IMG/VR virus record: IMGVR_UViG_3300000976_000009
Location: 269,151-333,150 of that record
Strand: one strand, 5' to 3'
DNA length: 64,000 nucleotides
Source: a virus
The stretch's first letter is position 1, and the number at the start of each line of letters is the position of its first letter. The notes under the pieces were generated by a model. The model made no database searches. It was not told the DNA's origin and saw only the letters and a list, made by a program, of their open reading frames with translations. Of the stretch, positions 47,851 to 60,020 are shown piece after piece. Made by a program: the position numbers and the translations under genes.

Positions 47851-48860
47851 TGAACATTGAAAAAAGTAGTAGAATTATTGGTGAATTCATGGGTGGTGAA
47901 TTTGTTAGTGGAGAAGGTTCATGTGAAGACAGAATTTACTTTAAACACAATTGGTATTACATGCCCTTGAATTACCATAAGGATTGGAATTCACTAATGG
48001 AAGTTGGTGTTAAAATGGAGGAACTTGTAATTGAGGGTAACTGGGGTAAATTTGAGCAATTCTTTTCAGATGAATTACACACATTAGGTAATTTTAAATT
48101 AGCGTGCTCTGAATTTAATATTGATGAGGCACATAAGTATGCATTAGCATTTATTAATAGTATTCCACAACAAAACCCAGAAATTGTAAAAAAAGCGAAA
48201 GAATATGAAGGCGATTGATGCTAAAAATAATGCGGATGAATATTTTAGATTAAAATATGAACAACAATTAGGTGCGACATTAACAAATATTGAAAGGGCA
48301 TCTAAAAGTGGTAAATATTTAGTATATTCAAATGATTTGATAGATACGGTTATCACAAAACTAAAAACGTTAGGTTACGATGTTGAATTACTTTCCGATA
48401 GGGATGGTTCAGCTAACTACAAAATTAAGTGGGAAAGTATCGAATAAAAATAAAATTATGGCAACTAAATTAGAGAAGAACTTAGTGAGGGAATCATCAG
48501 TAAAAGTTGATGATAGAGAAATAATGATTACTATCACTGCTGACCAGAAAGTTTCGATGAAACTAAAAGGGATGAAGACTGGTGAAGTTTCAATTAGTAT
48601 TGAAGAATTATGGCACCAATTAAATGGTACTGATATAGATGGTGTGTCAGAAATTGATAAAAATACTGGTGCTGTAAGTATTAAAAGAAGTAACATTAAA
48701 GCACCCAAGAATAATCCAATGATTTCATTACATGATATTAGAACATATAATGCAATTTCTGGATTGGATTACCCGACACTAGTTAAATTTGAGGGTATTC
48801 TTAAGAACTTAATAGATAACTACCCAGAGAAATATGGGAAATATAAAAAACCAGAATAAT

Positions 48861-49175
48861 ATGTATAGACCATTACCAAGAGAGTTAACCATTAATAAAA
48901 GTGAAATCGATGGGTTAGGTTTATTTGCTGTAGAAGAAATTAATTCTGGGATTGAATTAGGTATTACACATATTAAAGATTCTAAATGGAAAGATGGATT
49001 AATTAGATTACCATTGGGTGGTTTCTATAATCATTCCGAAACACCTAATATTGAAACCTTTGAAGTTTATAATGAAACCTACAAGACTGATGTTTTAATG
49101 ATTAGAACCATTAGAAAAATTAAAGCTGGTGAAGAATTAGTGGCGGAATATAAGACCTACAACCCAACCAAATAA
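48861..49175 (+). CDS. SET-domain protein
   Basis: GLGLFA, GFYNHSETPN, IKAGEELVAEY. Confidence 0.9.
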   Translation: MYRPLPRELTINKSEIDGLGLFAVEEINSGIELGITHIKDSKWKDGLIRLPLGGFYNHSETPNIETFEVYNETYKTDVLMIRTIRKIKAGEELVAEYKTYNPTK

Positions 49176-49176
49176 A

Positions 49177-49563
49177 ATGTATAATTTATTTTTAGATGAC
49201 ATACGAACACCAAGTAATGCTTTTAATTACACTAATAACTATATATTTAAAGAATGGGATTGGGTAATTGTTAGGAGTCATTCTGAATTTGTTTCATATA
49301 TTGAAAAAAATGGTTTACCTTTATTTGTTACATTCGACCATGATTTAGCGGACATTAAATATAACCCAATGACTCAACGTGAACATTTTGAATACCATGA
49401 AACAACTGGTAAAGATTGTGCTGAGTGGTTAATTAATTATTGTATTGATAATAGATTTGATTTTCCAGATTACTTTGTGCATTCAGCCAATCCAATTGGT
49501 GCGGCAAATATTGATGGATTAATTAAAAGTTATCATAAAGCAAAAGAAAGGGGATTAATATAA
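49177..49563 (+). CDS. Cyclic-phosphate-processing receiver-like domain protein
   Basis: LFLDDIR, TFDHDL, TGKDCAEWL, VHSANPIGA. Confidence 0.8.
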   Translation: MYNLFLDDIRTPSNAFNYTNNYIFKEWDWVIVRSHSEFVSYIEKNGLPLFVTFDHDLADIKYNPMTQREHFEYHETTGKDCAEWLINYCIDNRFDFPDYFVHSANPIGAANIDGLIKSYHKAKERGLI

Positions 49564-49767
49564 TGGAAGAGGATATTAAAATCTTATTATTTGCAAGGTG
49601 GTTAATGATATGTTATTCCTATCAAGAAATTAGTGGTGAAAATAGTTACTGGTATAAACAACAAGTTGAACATTTTAACTTAGTTGTTTATCCAGAATAT
49701 GTTAAAAATGGTACTGTTGAAGAGCACCGAAAACTATTTGAAGGTTGCGGAAAATTAAGAGATGCAT

Positions 49768-50265
49768 TTAACGACCTTCCTTAATTAATTTCTTATCAAC
49801 ACCATATACCTCAGTTAACATTCCAACATCAAGTATCCATTCCCAATTAGACCTCCACCTATGGATTATAAAAGCCTCAGCAACATAATCGACAACTTCT
49901 TTGTGGTCCCAACCATTAACCTTTTCTAATTGTTTGAAGGCTTCTGCTTGTTTACCAATAATTGTTGTTCTACCAATATGTTTAACTTGATGACATTGTG
50001 GACATAAAGATATCAGACCATCTAATTTTTGTACTTTAGTTTCATCATTGTATGACCATATTTCGTGACACTCTAGTGCGTGTCTGTAGCCTTGTTCTAA
50101 TCCAGAACCACCACATATTTCACATTTATATTTTGCCTTTTTATATGATTCCTTACGCAGTCTATCCCACTCTTTCTTCGGTACTTGGCTTCTCACATTT
50201 GAGAACCAACATGTTGATGGTACTAATTCGATTGTTAATTTTGGGGTGTTTTTTGTAGTTCCCAT
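49768..50265 (-). CDS. HNH-type nuclease-like protein
   Basis: CEICG...LECHEIW...LCPQCHQVKH. Confidence 0.8.
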   Translation of the reverse strand: MGTTKNTPKLTIELVPSTCWFSNVRSQVPKKEWDRLRKESYKKAKYKCEICGGSGLEQGYRHALECHEIWSYNDETKVQKLDGLISLCPQCHQVKHIGRTTIIGKQAEAFKQLEKVNGWDHKEVVDYVAEAFIIHRWRSNWEWILDVGMLTEVYGVDKKLIKEGR

Positions 50266-50771
50266 TTTCCGTCTATTTCTTTATACACAGCGAATGAATA
50301 AAAATAGTCCCATCTTGGGATTAGATATCCTTCTGTGTTACTCCCTTCATCACCAGAATCTTTAGTGGTAGGGAAATCATTATCCTCGATTAGTTGTTTT
50401 AAATCATCAACTGAAATTAACCATAGTTGTCTAGGTTTGAGGGCACCAAACATGTAAGCAAATATATCTGCTTCTGTGGCTTCAATACCACCAGCTTTAC
50501 CCCAAGATTGGTATTCAATGAATATGTTTCCAGTATCTTTTGTTGGTAGAAATGGTAGTGAAGGTGTTATACATTTATAATCGGCTTTAACTTCAACTGT
50601 TTTGATTTTACCATTTTTACTCATGGTAAAATCAAACTTACTATCATTATTTGCATCTTGAATTATATAACCTCTTGATTCGAAAAATTTAGCAATATCT
50701 TTTTCACCAGTTTTACCATATTTTAATAGGTCTTTTAAAAACCCAGTATTTCTTTTATCTAAATTCTCCAT
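50235..50771 (-). CDS. PD-(D/E)XK nuclease-like protein
   Basis: GE...FD...TVEVKAD...TGNIFIEY...GGI..TEAD. Confidence 0.7.
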   Translation of the reverse strand: MENLDKRNTGFLKDLLKYGKTGEKDIAKFFESRGYIIQDANNDSKFDFTMSKNGKIKTVEVKADYKCITPSLPFLPTKDTGNIFIEYQSWGKAGGIEATEADIFAYMFGALKPRQLWLISVDDLKQLIEDNDFPTTKDSGDEGSNTEGYLIPRWDYFYSFAVYKEIDGKWELQKTPQN

Positions 50772-51278
50772 AAATACAAAGATACGCACTTTTAGTATAT
50801 AATCAAGTATTTATTAGTATGAAAATTAAATTAACTGAATCGCAATTAAAAAAAGCTAAACTCATTACTGAGGGTCAAGAAGTAGTACATACATTTATGA
50901 CTAAATCTGATGATATAAAAGAGATTATAAATAGATTATATAGTAAAATAACATTCTCGACATTAGCTGAGATAATAGAAGGGGATGTTGATTTAAATGT
51001 TATCACAAACAAACTGGAGCAATTGAGAACTGTGTTATACACATATTATAAAAAGGGTGAAATGTTCTTTAATAATATGTCAGAGGAAGATTTTTATAGT
51101 GATAATAAATGGGAAGAATTACAAATGAAAATGGAGGATACTTATCAAGACGTTCATTATCACAAATTAGATATTTTAGAGAAATTAGTAGAAGATTTAA
51201 AGTCCATCGTTGATAATGATATTGAAAAAAATTTCAAAGATATTAAGAAAATGGATATTTAATTGCTATCTTTGTATT

Positions 51279-51956
51279 ATGAAAAAACTACACTTATTAC
51301 TTATGGTGCTATTACCCACCATAGCTATATCACAACAATTACCACAAAAAATTGACACTAATAACCAAATCATTGAACATGATGGTTATGTTTTATCTTA
51401 TAATGAAACTTGTGAACAAGCTAATTGGGTCTTTTATAAGCTAACCCCAGATGATTTAATTTGTAATAATAAAGTTAGTGGTGGTTCATTCAAAGAAGAT
51501 ACATTAGTTCAGACAAATTCAGCCAACCCAAACGATTATAGATACAGTGGATACGATAGAGGTCATTTAAAGCCAGCTGGTGATGAACCATGTAGTAAGG
51601 CTGATAGGTATGAAACCTATATTATGTCTAATGTTACCCCTCAAAATCCTAGTTTTAATAGGGGTATGTGGAAAAAACTAGAAAATTACACTAGAAAAGT
51701 GGTATTAAGTAGTGATTCTACCTATATTATTTGTGGGGGTATACTGTCTGACACTCTAAAAACCCTACCTAATACCGATATATGTATACCAAAGTACTAT
51801 TTTAAAGTAATATATTGCTATAAAAACGGAATAAGGTGTGTAGAATGTTTCATAATGCCAAATAAAAGACTATATGGTGATATTTCTAAGTACGAAACCA
51901 CCATTGAAAAGCTTGAAAAACTATCAAATATAAAATTTTCCATAGATTTTGATTGA
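51279..51956 (+). CDS. Secreted DNA/RNA non-specific endonuclease (NucA/EndA family)
   Basis: Signal peptide; YDRGHL, MSNVTPQ, FNRGMWKKLE. Confidence 0.93.
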   Translation: MKKLHLLLMVLLPTIAISQQLPQKIDTNNQIIEHDGYVLSYNETCEQANWVFYKLTPDDLICNNKVSGGSFKEDTLVQTNSANPNDYRYSGYDRGHLKPAGDEPCSKADRYETYIMSNVTPQNPSFNRGMWKKLENYTRKVVLSSDSTYIICGGILSDTLKTLPNTDICIPKYYFKVIYCYKNGIRCVECFIMPNKRLYGDISKYETTIEKLEKLSNIKFSIDFD

Positions 51957-52586
51957 TATATTTGGTGGATTAGAATAATTTACTTATATTTGCTACGTAT
52001 TCACATTTAAAACCAACAAAATGAGAAATTTATTAGTAGTATTAGTATTATTTTTAGCGATTGGGTTCACTTCTTGTCAAAAAGAAGAGTTACTACCCCC
52101 AAATGAACCCGTAGAAGAGGCTGGAACCATTGATGAAACACTTTCTGTCTTTGGAGAATGGGTATTAGTAGATGGGAAGATGTATATTGATAACCTAGAT
52201 ACTGGTGAAAAGACGGTATATAACCATTTTGATGATAGTAAGAGTGTCTCTAGTCTAAGATATGAGGGTGTTATATTCGAATTTGAAAGGATTGTTAAAG
52301 ATTCAACTACTTGGACATTCATTGCACCCCCTAGTATACCTAATACTGGTGAATTCTGGTTAGATAATGATAGTTTACAACCATATGGGTTCTATTTAAC
52401 TACTTCAAATATGTCAATTGTAGAAAATAACACAGGTACCCAGCAATTGGGTGGTAGTTCTAGACCTATTTCAGCATACCTTAATGGTACACCTAACCAA
52501 GCTAACTTCTATGTACAAGAAACATATGCTAGCATTAATGGTGAGAACGTTAAGTATTTTAGTGAATTAATTTTTGAAAAACAATA

Positions 52587-52727
52587 ATGAAAAGCATATT
52601 ATTAGGAATGGCGATTGGTGATGCTGTTGGGGTTCCCGTAGAATTTCAGTCTAGAGAACAAAGAATTAAAGACCCAGTAATTGATTTAGCGACAAGATAT
52701 GAGCAAAGATACACAGGAACTAAGTAG
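52587..52727 (+). pseudogene. ADP-ribosylglycohydrolase remnant (46 aa)
   Basis: GMAIGDAVGVPVEFQSRE...DPV is the ARH/DraG N-terminal motif; the rest of the domain is absent. Confidence 0.75.
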
Positions 52728-54411
52728 AGAAGCTAAGGAAAGGGGCTTTAAAATATATAAGGGTATAGTAAATATATTCACCATAATACTATTAATACTA
52801 TTATATAGGTCACTATATATTACTTTTGATGAAAATCATTGGTTATATGGATTGGGTGTGTTTTACTTTATCTTGAGGTTAGCTGCATTTGCTAGACGTG
52901 AGCGTAAAGCGTATGAACTTGATATACCTGTTACTGAATATATGGAAAAACGTAACGAAGAGATTAGACAAAAAAACAATGATTAAATCAAATTTAAATA
53001 TATAGCAAGTGCCATATTTATTTCAAATCTTGAGAAACCAAATACATCATCTAAAACTTTAGACAATAATATAAATGTTTGTTCACGCTCTATTTTTGGT
53101 GACATAAATGTGTTTCTAGTTGAACCACCTACAAAGCCACCATCCATAATTATACCACGTCTAAAACGTCTACCATCTTTTAACCTTTTTACTGGAAAAT
53201 TAGCTTGTAGAAAATCTAACATAACTTTTTGTGAAAATTCGTCTATTTCATTCATATTGCTAAATATAATGTGAAGACTAGGAAAATCAACCTAATTAGG
53301 GGTTATTAGTATAATAAGTTCCAGATTCAGCATCATATATTAATGTTGATATATTATCTGACCCAGAAGCTGGGTCAACACCCATGATATAACTAGTATA
53401 ACATGTCCCAGTATAAATAAAACTTAATTGTGGTGATGTTATGTTACTTGGGTATATGACACTCCAATTATCAATAATATTCTTATATCCACAACCCAAT
53501 AACCAATCGAAAATAATGTAATCAGAAACATCTTTAGGTAAATCAAAAATCAATGATATCTCATTAGATAATGTATGTGGTGATAATCTTATATTATCTT
53601 CATAAGATATAATATCATTATGTTCATTAACATGATAATGAATATTAATTGTTTTTGTTATTAGCTTTTGAACATTTTGGTCGATTTTCCCCATACACAA
53701 TTATACTTAAAAATTATTAATTTGTCAATATTTCGTTGGTAATATCAATTTTTATTACTATATTTGTGTAAATGATTATATATTATGAGTAAGAAAACGT
53801 TTGAACACTATATTAATTTAGTGATTGTTGATGCATCAATCAGTGTTTCTAATAAAACTGATTTTTCCACATATAAAACATTTGCTCATTTTATTTCTCA
53901 AAGTATTGATTCGAAAAATTATGGGGCTATCGAAAGTTATATATTCCCAATATTAAATGAAGTGTGTGATATATTAAGTATTCCTGTTAAGGAATCAGCT
54001 GAACATGTTGCTAGATTTTTTAAGAATAAAAAATGGGTTACATATCACCCACCAATTAAAGCTATTAAGGATGAGTTCAATATATTTCTCGTACCTTAAT
54101 ATTCCCACATTTATATTCCTCTTCCATAATTTTTAGATATTCCCTAGCAACACCTCTAATAAAAACAAGGTCAAAACTATCGTCTCCCATCCAATATGGG
54201 TTACAATAATCATATATTTCTTCTGTGACACGTTTAATCGCTGTCTCCTTACTTCTATGTCCACCTTTAATGTATTGATATACCGCTGGGTGGTTAGAGG
54301 TGATTAATCTAGAGAAGAAATATTTCCAAATAAATGTTGTAATAGACATTGCTTTTTTAATAATAAATACGTATATTTATAGTAAATAATAAATTAATTA
54401 AAAAGACAATT

Positions 54412-54729
54412 ATGGCTTTAGAAGTTACAGACTCAAATATAGGTGAGGTATTAGAATCAGAAATCACGGTTTTGGATTTTTGGGCACAGTGGTGTGGACC
54501 ATGTAGAATGGTTGGACCAATCATAGAAGAATTAGCTACGGATAATGAAAGTGATGATAGTGTTTCAGTAGGAAAAGTTGATGTGGATAAGAATCCAAGA
54601 GCAGCTGCAACATATGGCATTAGAAGTATCCCAGCGGTTATTTACTTTAAGGATGGGAAAGAAGTAGATAGGATAATGGGAGCGAGACCAAAATCTGATT
54701 ACCAAGATAGAATTAATTCTTTAAAATAA
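54412..54729 (+). CDS. trxA: Thioredoxin
   Basis: DFWAQWCGPCRM, YGIRSIP. Confidence 0.95.
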   Translation: MALEVTDSNIGEVLESEITVLDFWAQWCGPCRMVGPIIEELATDNESDDSVSVGKVDVDKNPRAAATYGIRSIPAVIYFKDGKEVDRIMGARPKSDYQDRINSLK

Positions 54730-56601
54730 TAAAATGGTGTGCTTGTCACACCATTTTTGCTATTAGCCAAATATTTATTAATATGGGGAGAAAAGTAATA
54801 ATATCAGAAAACCAGCTAGCGATGCTAAAAAACCATATTTGTGAAGCAGATGCTCATGAAACTATGGTAAGGCGTATTGTTGCTGATTTAGACTTAAACT
54901 ACGAACCATCACAAGGTACGTATAAAAAAGGTGGTGAATATCACGAAGAGCCAATGATACTGAACATTGTTAGTCAAGAATTAATGACAGCTAAGTCATT
55001 ATCGGACTATATCCAATACAAATATAAGTTGGGTGAGGGTTTCATACAACAAATCATTAATGATTGGTATAAAGGTAATTTAAGTGGGTCAGATAATCTA
55101 TCTAAAAACATATCAATATCATGAGCATAGAAACCACTATATTAGAACATACAAAAGCACATTACCCAAAGGAGAGTAAGGCAATTGAAAGAAGTATGAT
55201 TAACTTCTATCATTCAAGATTAAATGAAGAAAAAACAGAACAAGAAATATTTCATCAACAAATGATTTATAATGGTGTCATTGATTTATTTGAGTTATTA
55301 TCTGTAGCTTTAGAAAATGAACTGGATTTGAATATTACCAGAGATGAGATTGTTCAGCATTTAAAAAATATTCACATAAAGACTTAATAAGGTGGATTTG
55401 CGTGAGAAAATAAAAGGTGAGCTTAGGGAATCATATGGAAACTTTGAGACATACTTAGAATCTAAGTATGAGGAAACAATAGTTGAAAAACTTTATGAAG
55501 AAAATTTAACTAGAAGGCTCAGCTCAGAATCATTAAGTATTAAAAAAGCTTGGGCTACATACAATCAAGTTATTATTGAATTTAAACATAACATAAAAGA
55601 TATGATAAGGGTTAAAGAATTACAGTATCGATTAACCGATAAAGAGAACCCAAACGATGTTTGTATTGAAGTAATAAGAGAAGTTAAACAACGCTCACCA
55701 GAATTAGAACGTCTATACGATAAGATTAGAAATTTCACTTAATGACAAAGAAAAGAATATTTGATAAGAATGTCAAATATACTGATGAAGAATTAGAAAC
55801 AATGTTTAATAAGCAGCGTGTTAAAGTCTTATCAAAGTATATTGATAAACACTTTACATCTAATCCCGACTTTAAGGATAAGGTAGAATTTTTTATGAGT
55901 GGGAATATTAAAAATGAAATTGTGACTGCATTGGACCAAGAATTTAGTATTTTGAGGGACGACCCAAACGATATAGATATTGAAAAAATGCTTAACGATA
56001 AGCTCGAAAAATTCATACAAGAATTGTACCCATAAATTTATTTTAAAATAAATCCTAGCTAGTTAAATTCTATCCAAGATTAATACTAAATTAATCTCGA
56101 AAGGGTTAATATTGGTGGATGTGTAGATATTTATAATCAAATAACAAACTTAAATTTATGGTAACATGGAGCATTCTAATATTACTATCAAAGCTGGTTC
56201 TGGTACGTACAATCTACTAGACAAAAAATATAACAGATTTATAAAAAATTCATTAACTGACACAGACGAAGAAACCATAGAAAGGTGGTTTACCTATGAA
56301 ACAATAATGACCGAACTAATTGGGTTAAATAGAATTAATTTGTTCGAAGAAGTCAAGTATAGACTTACGGGTGGTGAAGACCCAAATGATATCATACTAG
56401 AAATTATATCTAGGGATAATGAACTAAAAACAGTACTTTGGTCCTATTCACGAAGATTAAACGCATATAAAAATGATGACCTCTTAAAGAGGTTTTACCA
56501 ATAATAAAATTAAAAGTGTGGCATATGCCACACTTTTTTTTTATTCATATATTGATTATCCAATATTTTTTTTGTATATTTGTATAAATAAGTAATAAAT
56601 T

Positions 56602-58068
56602 ATGGCTAAAATTGAAAATAGATTAAAGTTCTTAGCAGAAAAATACAATGTCTTTCTTGAGGAAGAAATTGATGAAATTGTTGAAAAACTAATTGAGGAT
56701 GGACATGAAGTTACCAAAGTAAATACATCTAGTGCCACTATGGTTGGTGTTGATGAGGATATTACTTATGCCATCTTAGATTCAGTAGTCAATAAGACAT
56801 CAGAATATGAGGGTGAAGAAGTTGTATCTTTCAAAAAAAATGTTAGTGTCCATGAGGATATTTTTGCATCAATGATTGCGGCTGACCCAACTGAGAATAA
56901 AATGTATTTGCAATGGATGTTAACAATATTTACTAGATTAATTAAAGCTGGTAAAATTGATGATGCCATTAGATTTGGTGCTGAGGATTTACCTCAAGCC
57001 AATGAGTACTTAGAATTATTTGAAGGTAATAAACGTAAAAGGTTGTTTAGTGAATTATGTGAGTCTAACTATGCATTAAAGAAAATAATTGACCCAACTA
57101 ACATTAACCAATATAGGAGCTTGTCTCAATTATTTGATGCTGTTGACCCGTTTATTGAAAGAGATTTAAGTGGTTTCGAAAGAAATTTAAAAAGATTTGT
57201 TGATGCTGGACAAGCGTTGATGCCTGTTAAGGATAGGAATTTTACATTATTTATTCCACTTACTAGAGATGCCAATGTATTATTCAATGAAGCAGCTAGT
57301 TGGTGTACTGTTAGACCAGGTAATGGAATGTTTGATAGTTATACTAATAAACCAACACCTCTTTCTAATAAATCTAAAATATATATTATTATTGACAATA
57401 GATTTCTTAATGGTGAATTTGATGTGGATAACATACCAAAAGATATGATGCACCAACTTCATTTTGAGAGTAAACAATTAAGGGATAGAACAAATGGACC
57501 AAATAAAAATATTTACGACAGTATTATTTCAAAGTCTGAGGCGTTAGCTAATTTTTTCTATGAGGAATTAACCCCACTAGCTAAAGCTTACAAGGGTTCC
57601 CTTAACGATAATTTTTATGTTGACTATTTAATTGCTTTTGGTTTTACAAATATATTATTTGATATGCTTGACAAAGACCAACCAACGATTAGATTTAAGA
57701 AAAGAGAAATACCTAGATTACCAGATTTATCTAGATTTAGAAATGTGAATATGATATTTTTAGCTGAAATAAAACTACGTGAATTATCACCAAGTATGTT
57801 TACACTCCCAAATTTGGAAGTGTTGGCAGTTCCTAAGAATAAAATCACATCAATTCCTAGAGAAATTGGTAAATCTAAGAAGTTGGTTTTCATTAATTTA
57901 GTTGGAAACAAAATTACTGAGATTCCAGATGAAATTGGACAGCTTGATAAAGAAATGGGTGGTAGCCTTTACAGAATTTCTGTGAGAAAAGACGAGATTG
58001 GAGAGAACAATTATGATAAATTGAGAAGACTTTTACCAAACGTGTTATTGACTGATAACGTGGATTAG
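56602..58068 (+). CDS. Phage protein with C-terminal leucine-rich repeats
   Basis: LRR-type segments (LPNLEVLAVPKNKITSIPREIG, LVFINLVGNKITEIPDEIGQL); central SWCT motif. Confidence 0.75.
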   Translation: MAKIENRLKFLAEKYNVFLEEEIDEIVEKLIEDGHEVTKVNTSSATMVGVDEDITYAILDSVVNKTSEYEGEEVVSFKKNVSVHEDIFASMIAADPTENKMYLQWMLTIFTRLIKAGKIDDAIRFGAEDLPQANEYLELFEGNKRKRLFSELCESNYALKKIIDPTNINQYRSLSQLFDAVDPFIERDLSGFERNLKRFVDAGQALMPVKDRNFTLFIPLTRDANVLFNEAASWCTVRPGNGMFDSYTNKPTPLSNKSKIYIIIDNRFLNGEFDVDNIPKDMMHQLHFESKQLRDRTNGPNKNIYDSIISKSEALANFFYEELTPLAKAYKGSLNDNFYVDYLIAFGFTNILFDMLDKDQPTIRFKKREIPRLPDLSRFRNVNMIFLAEIKLRELSPSMFTLPNLEVLAVPKNKITSIPREIGKSKKLVFINLVGNKITEIPDEIGQLDKEMGGSLYRISVRKDEIGENNYDKLRRLLPNVLLTDNVD

Positions 58069-58157
58069 ATAAACTCAAAATATAGTAATAGAAAACCTCT
58101 CCCTTAATAGGAGGGGTTTTCGTGTTTAAAAAATAACAACCATTAAAATGTAATATT

Positions 58158-58730
58158 ATGAAATGGAAAAGAATGGATGGTGATAAGATAGATGAACCAT
58201 TAATCGAATACTTAGAAGGATTATTCGAAGAAGAAATAGAAAAGGGACATGAATTTAAAGTTTGTATTGGTACGGATTCACAAAAGGCTGGAAAGGGTTA
58301 CAAATTTGCGACAGCAATTGTAATTGAAACCAAAGAACACATGGGTGTCGAGTACAAGAAAAAGTGGGATGGTACTAAAGAAAAAGTAGATACTTATGTT
58401 GGTAGGGGTGCTATGGTTATTGGTGCAACTTTCTGGGAAGAAATGAAAGCTTCTACAAACAAGAAAAAGCATAGAGAGAAGGAAGTGATTAACCAAAGAA
58501 TGCTTAAAGAAGTTAGTTCTTCCATTGCAATTGGTTATGAAATATGGCCTCTATTAGATTTGTATGGTGTAACTATGGAAATACATGCAGATATTAATGC
58601 TGACCCAAGATATGAATCTAATGTTGCAATGAGTGAGGCTCTTGGTTATATTAGGGGTATGGGTTGGGATGCTAAAATTAAGCCAGATGCTTATGCTGCT
58701 TCTAAGGGTGCAGATAAAATGTGTAAATAA
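58158..58730 (+). CDS. RNase H-like YkuK (DUF458) family protein
   Basis: IGTDSQ, RMLKEV..S, EIHADIN, KIKPDAYAASKGAD. Confidence 0.85.
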   Translation: MKWKRMDGDKIDEPLIEYLEGLFEEEIEKGHEFKVCIGTDSQKAGKGYKFATAIVIETKEHMGVEYKKKWDGTKEKVDTYVGRGAMVIGATFWEEMKASTNKKKHREKEVINQRMLKEVSSSIAIGYEIWPLLDLYGVTMEIHADINADPRYESNVAMSEALGYIRGMGWDAKIKPDAYAASKGADKMCK

Positions 58731-58903
58731 TTTATCGATATTCCTTGGAATATAACACATATTTTACTATATTTGGGGTATGGGAGAATATGTACTAAAA
58801 TTAAATATTGGTGGTGAGACCATCAAAAGAGTTAATGCACAAAGTATTGATGATGCTATCAATTACTTTGCTAAGATGAAAGATTTGAAAAGGAAACAAT
58901 TAC

Positions 58904-59611
58904 TTAAATTATTTTTGGTTGAGAAAGCTTCTTAACCAAAAGTCTTTTTGTTATTGGTAGTAAAGTCTCTTCAACTGGATATTTTATTGGGGAATCAATA
59001 ATGAAGGTTGATGGGTTGATTATATTCGACCCATCAACCAAATCCAATCTTATTGATTCATAACTCATGTGGAAACCTTTAGGATAACTTCTAATCAATT
59101 TAGTTGTTAAACCTTTTTCACCATTTAATTGAATTAATGCACCTAATTCATATTGATATACATCAATAGTTTCATCATGAATAATAAAGAATCCTTTATT
59201 GTTACTAAATAATGTTGTACCTATTTCTAGAATATCAATACATTTTTCTACCTCATCATAAATAAGTTTACCTAAACTTATTTTTTTCCTTAAATTAGTT
59301 AATGAAAAATCCACTAATTTATCAATTCCTAAAATATATTTATCATCAATAACTAAATCTTCATATGTTAATGTTGTGTTCTTTAAATTGATTTCAACTA
59401 GTTCTTTTGGAAAGTTATCTCTGAATATTTGTTTATTCTCTTTATACTTAATTAAACCATCATAATGGTGGATTAGGTCAGAAAAATAAGGATAAAGTTC
59501 TAAATTATCAAATTTTTTCTCAACCTTTTGTAAATATGCAAGTAGTTCATATTGCTTGTACTCTACATCAAGAATACCGTTTGTCATCCAATTATCATCT
59601 AATTTAATCAT
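58904..59611 (-). CDS. Hypothetical protein resembling a conserved Bacteroidota family
   Basis: DVEYKQYELLAYLQ...LYPYFSDLI...PVEETLLPITKR pattern recalled from host proteins; not searched. Confidence 0.55.
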   Translation of the reverse strand: MIKLDDNWMTNGILDVEYKQYELLAYLQKVEKKFDNLELYPYFSDLIHHYDGLIKYKENKQIFRDNFPKELVEINLKNTTLTYEDLVIDDKYILGIDKLVDFSLTNLRKKISLGKLIYDEVEKCIDILEIGTTLFSNNKGFFIIHDETIDVYQYELGALIQLNGEKGLTTKLIRSYPKGFHMSYESIRLDLVDGSNIINPSTFIIDSPIKYPVEETLLPITKRLLVKKLSQPKII

Positions 59612-60020
59612 AGGTGTTTTACCATAAATATAAAATAATATCACACTTTGCCATTTTTACTCATATTTATTATTAGACTAATAAAATATATATTTAAACG
59701 TTAAAAACATGTCTAAGAAAATTGTAAGAATTGCAGAAACAGAGTTGGTTGAATTAATTGACAACATAGTTACAGAAGCTGTAGCAGAAAAGAAAAAGGA
59801 ATGGATTGCTGAAAATGCTGCTAAAAGTGGTGAAACAATCCTTGAGAATAGAATCAAAGATTTAGAAGAAAAGATTATCGCACTTACTGAGTCAACTAAG
59901 TAATTAAAACCATAAAAATATTTTATGATAGCTGGACATAATTATGTCCAGCTATTGTTGTGTTTAAAACTTTCCTTTTTATTTCCTTTAATTTTAAATA
60001 AAAAACCATAACTTTGTCTT

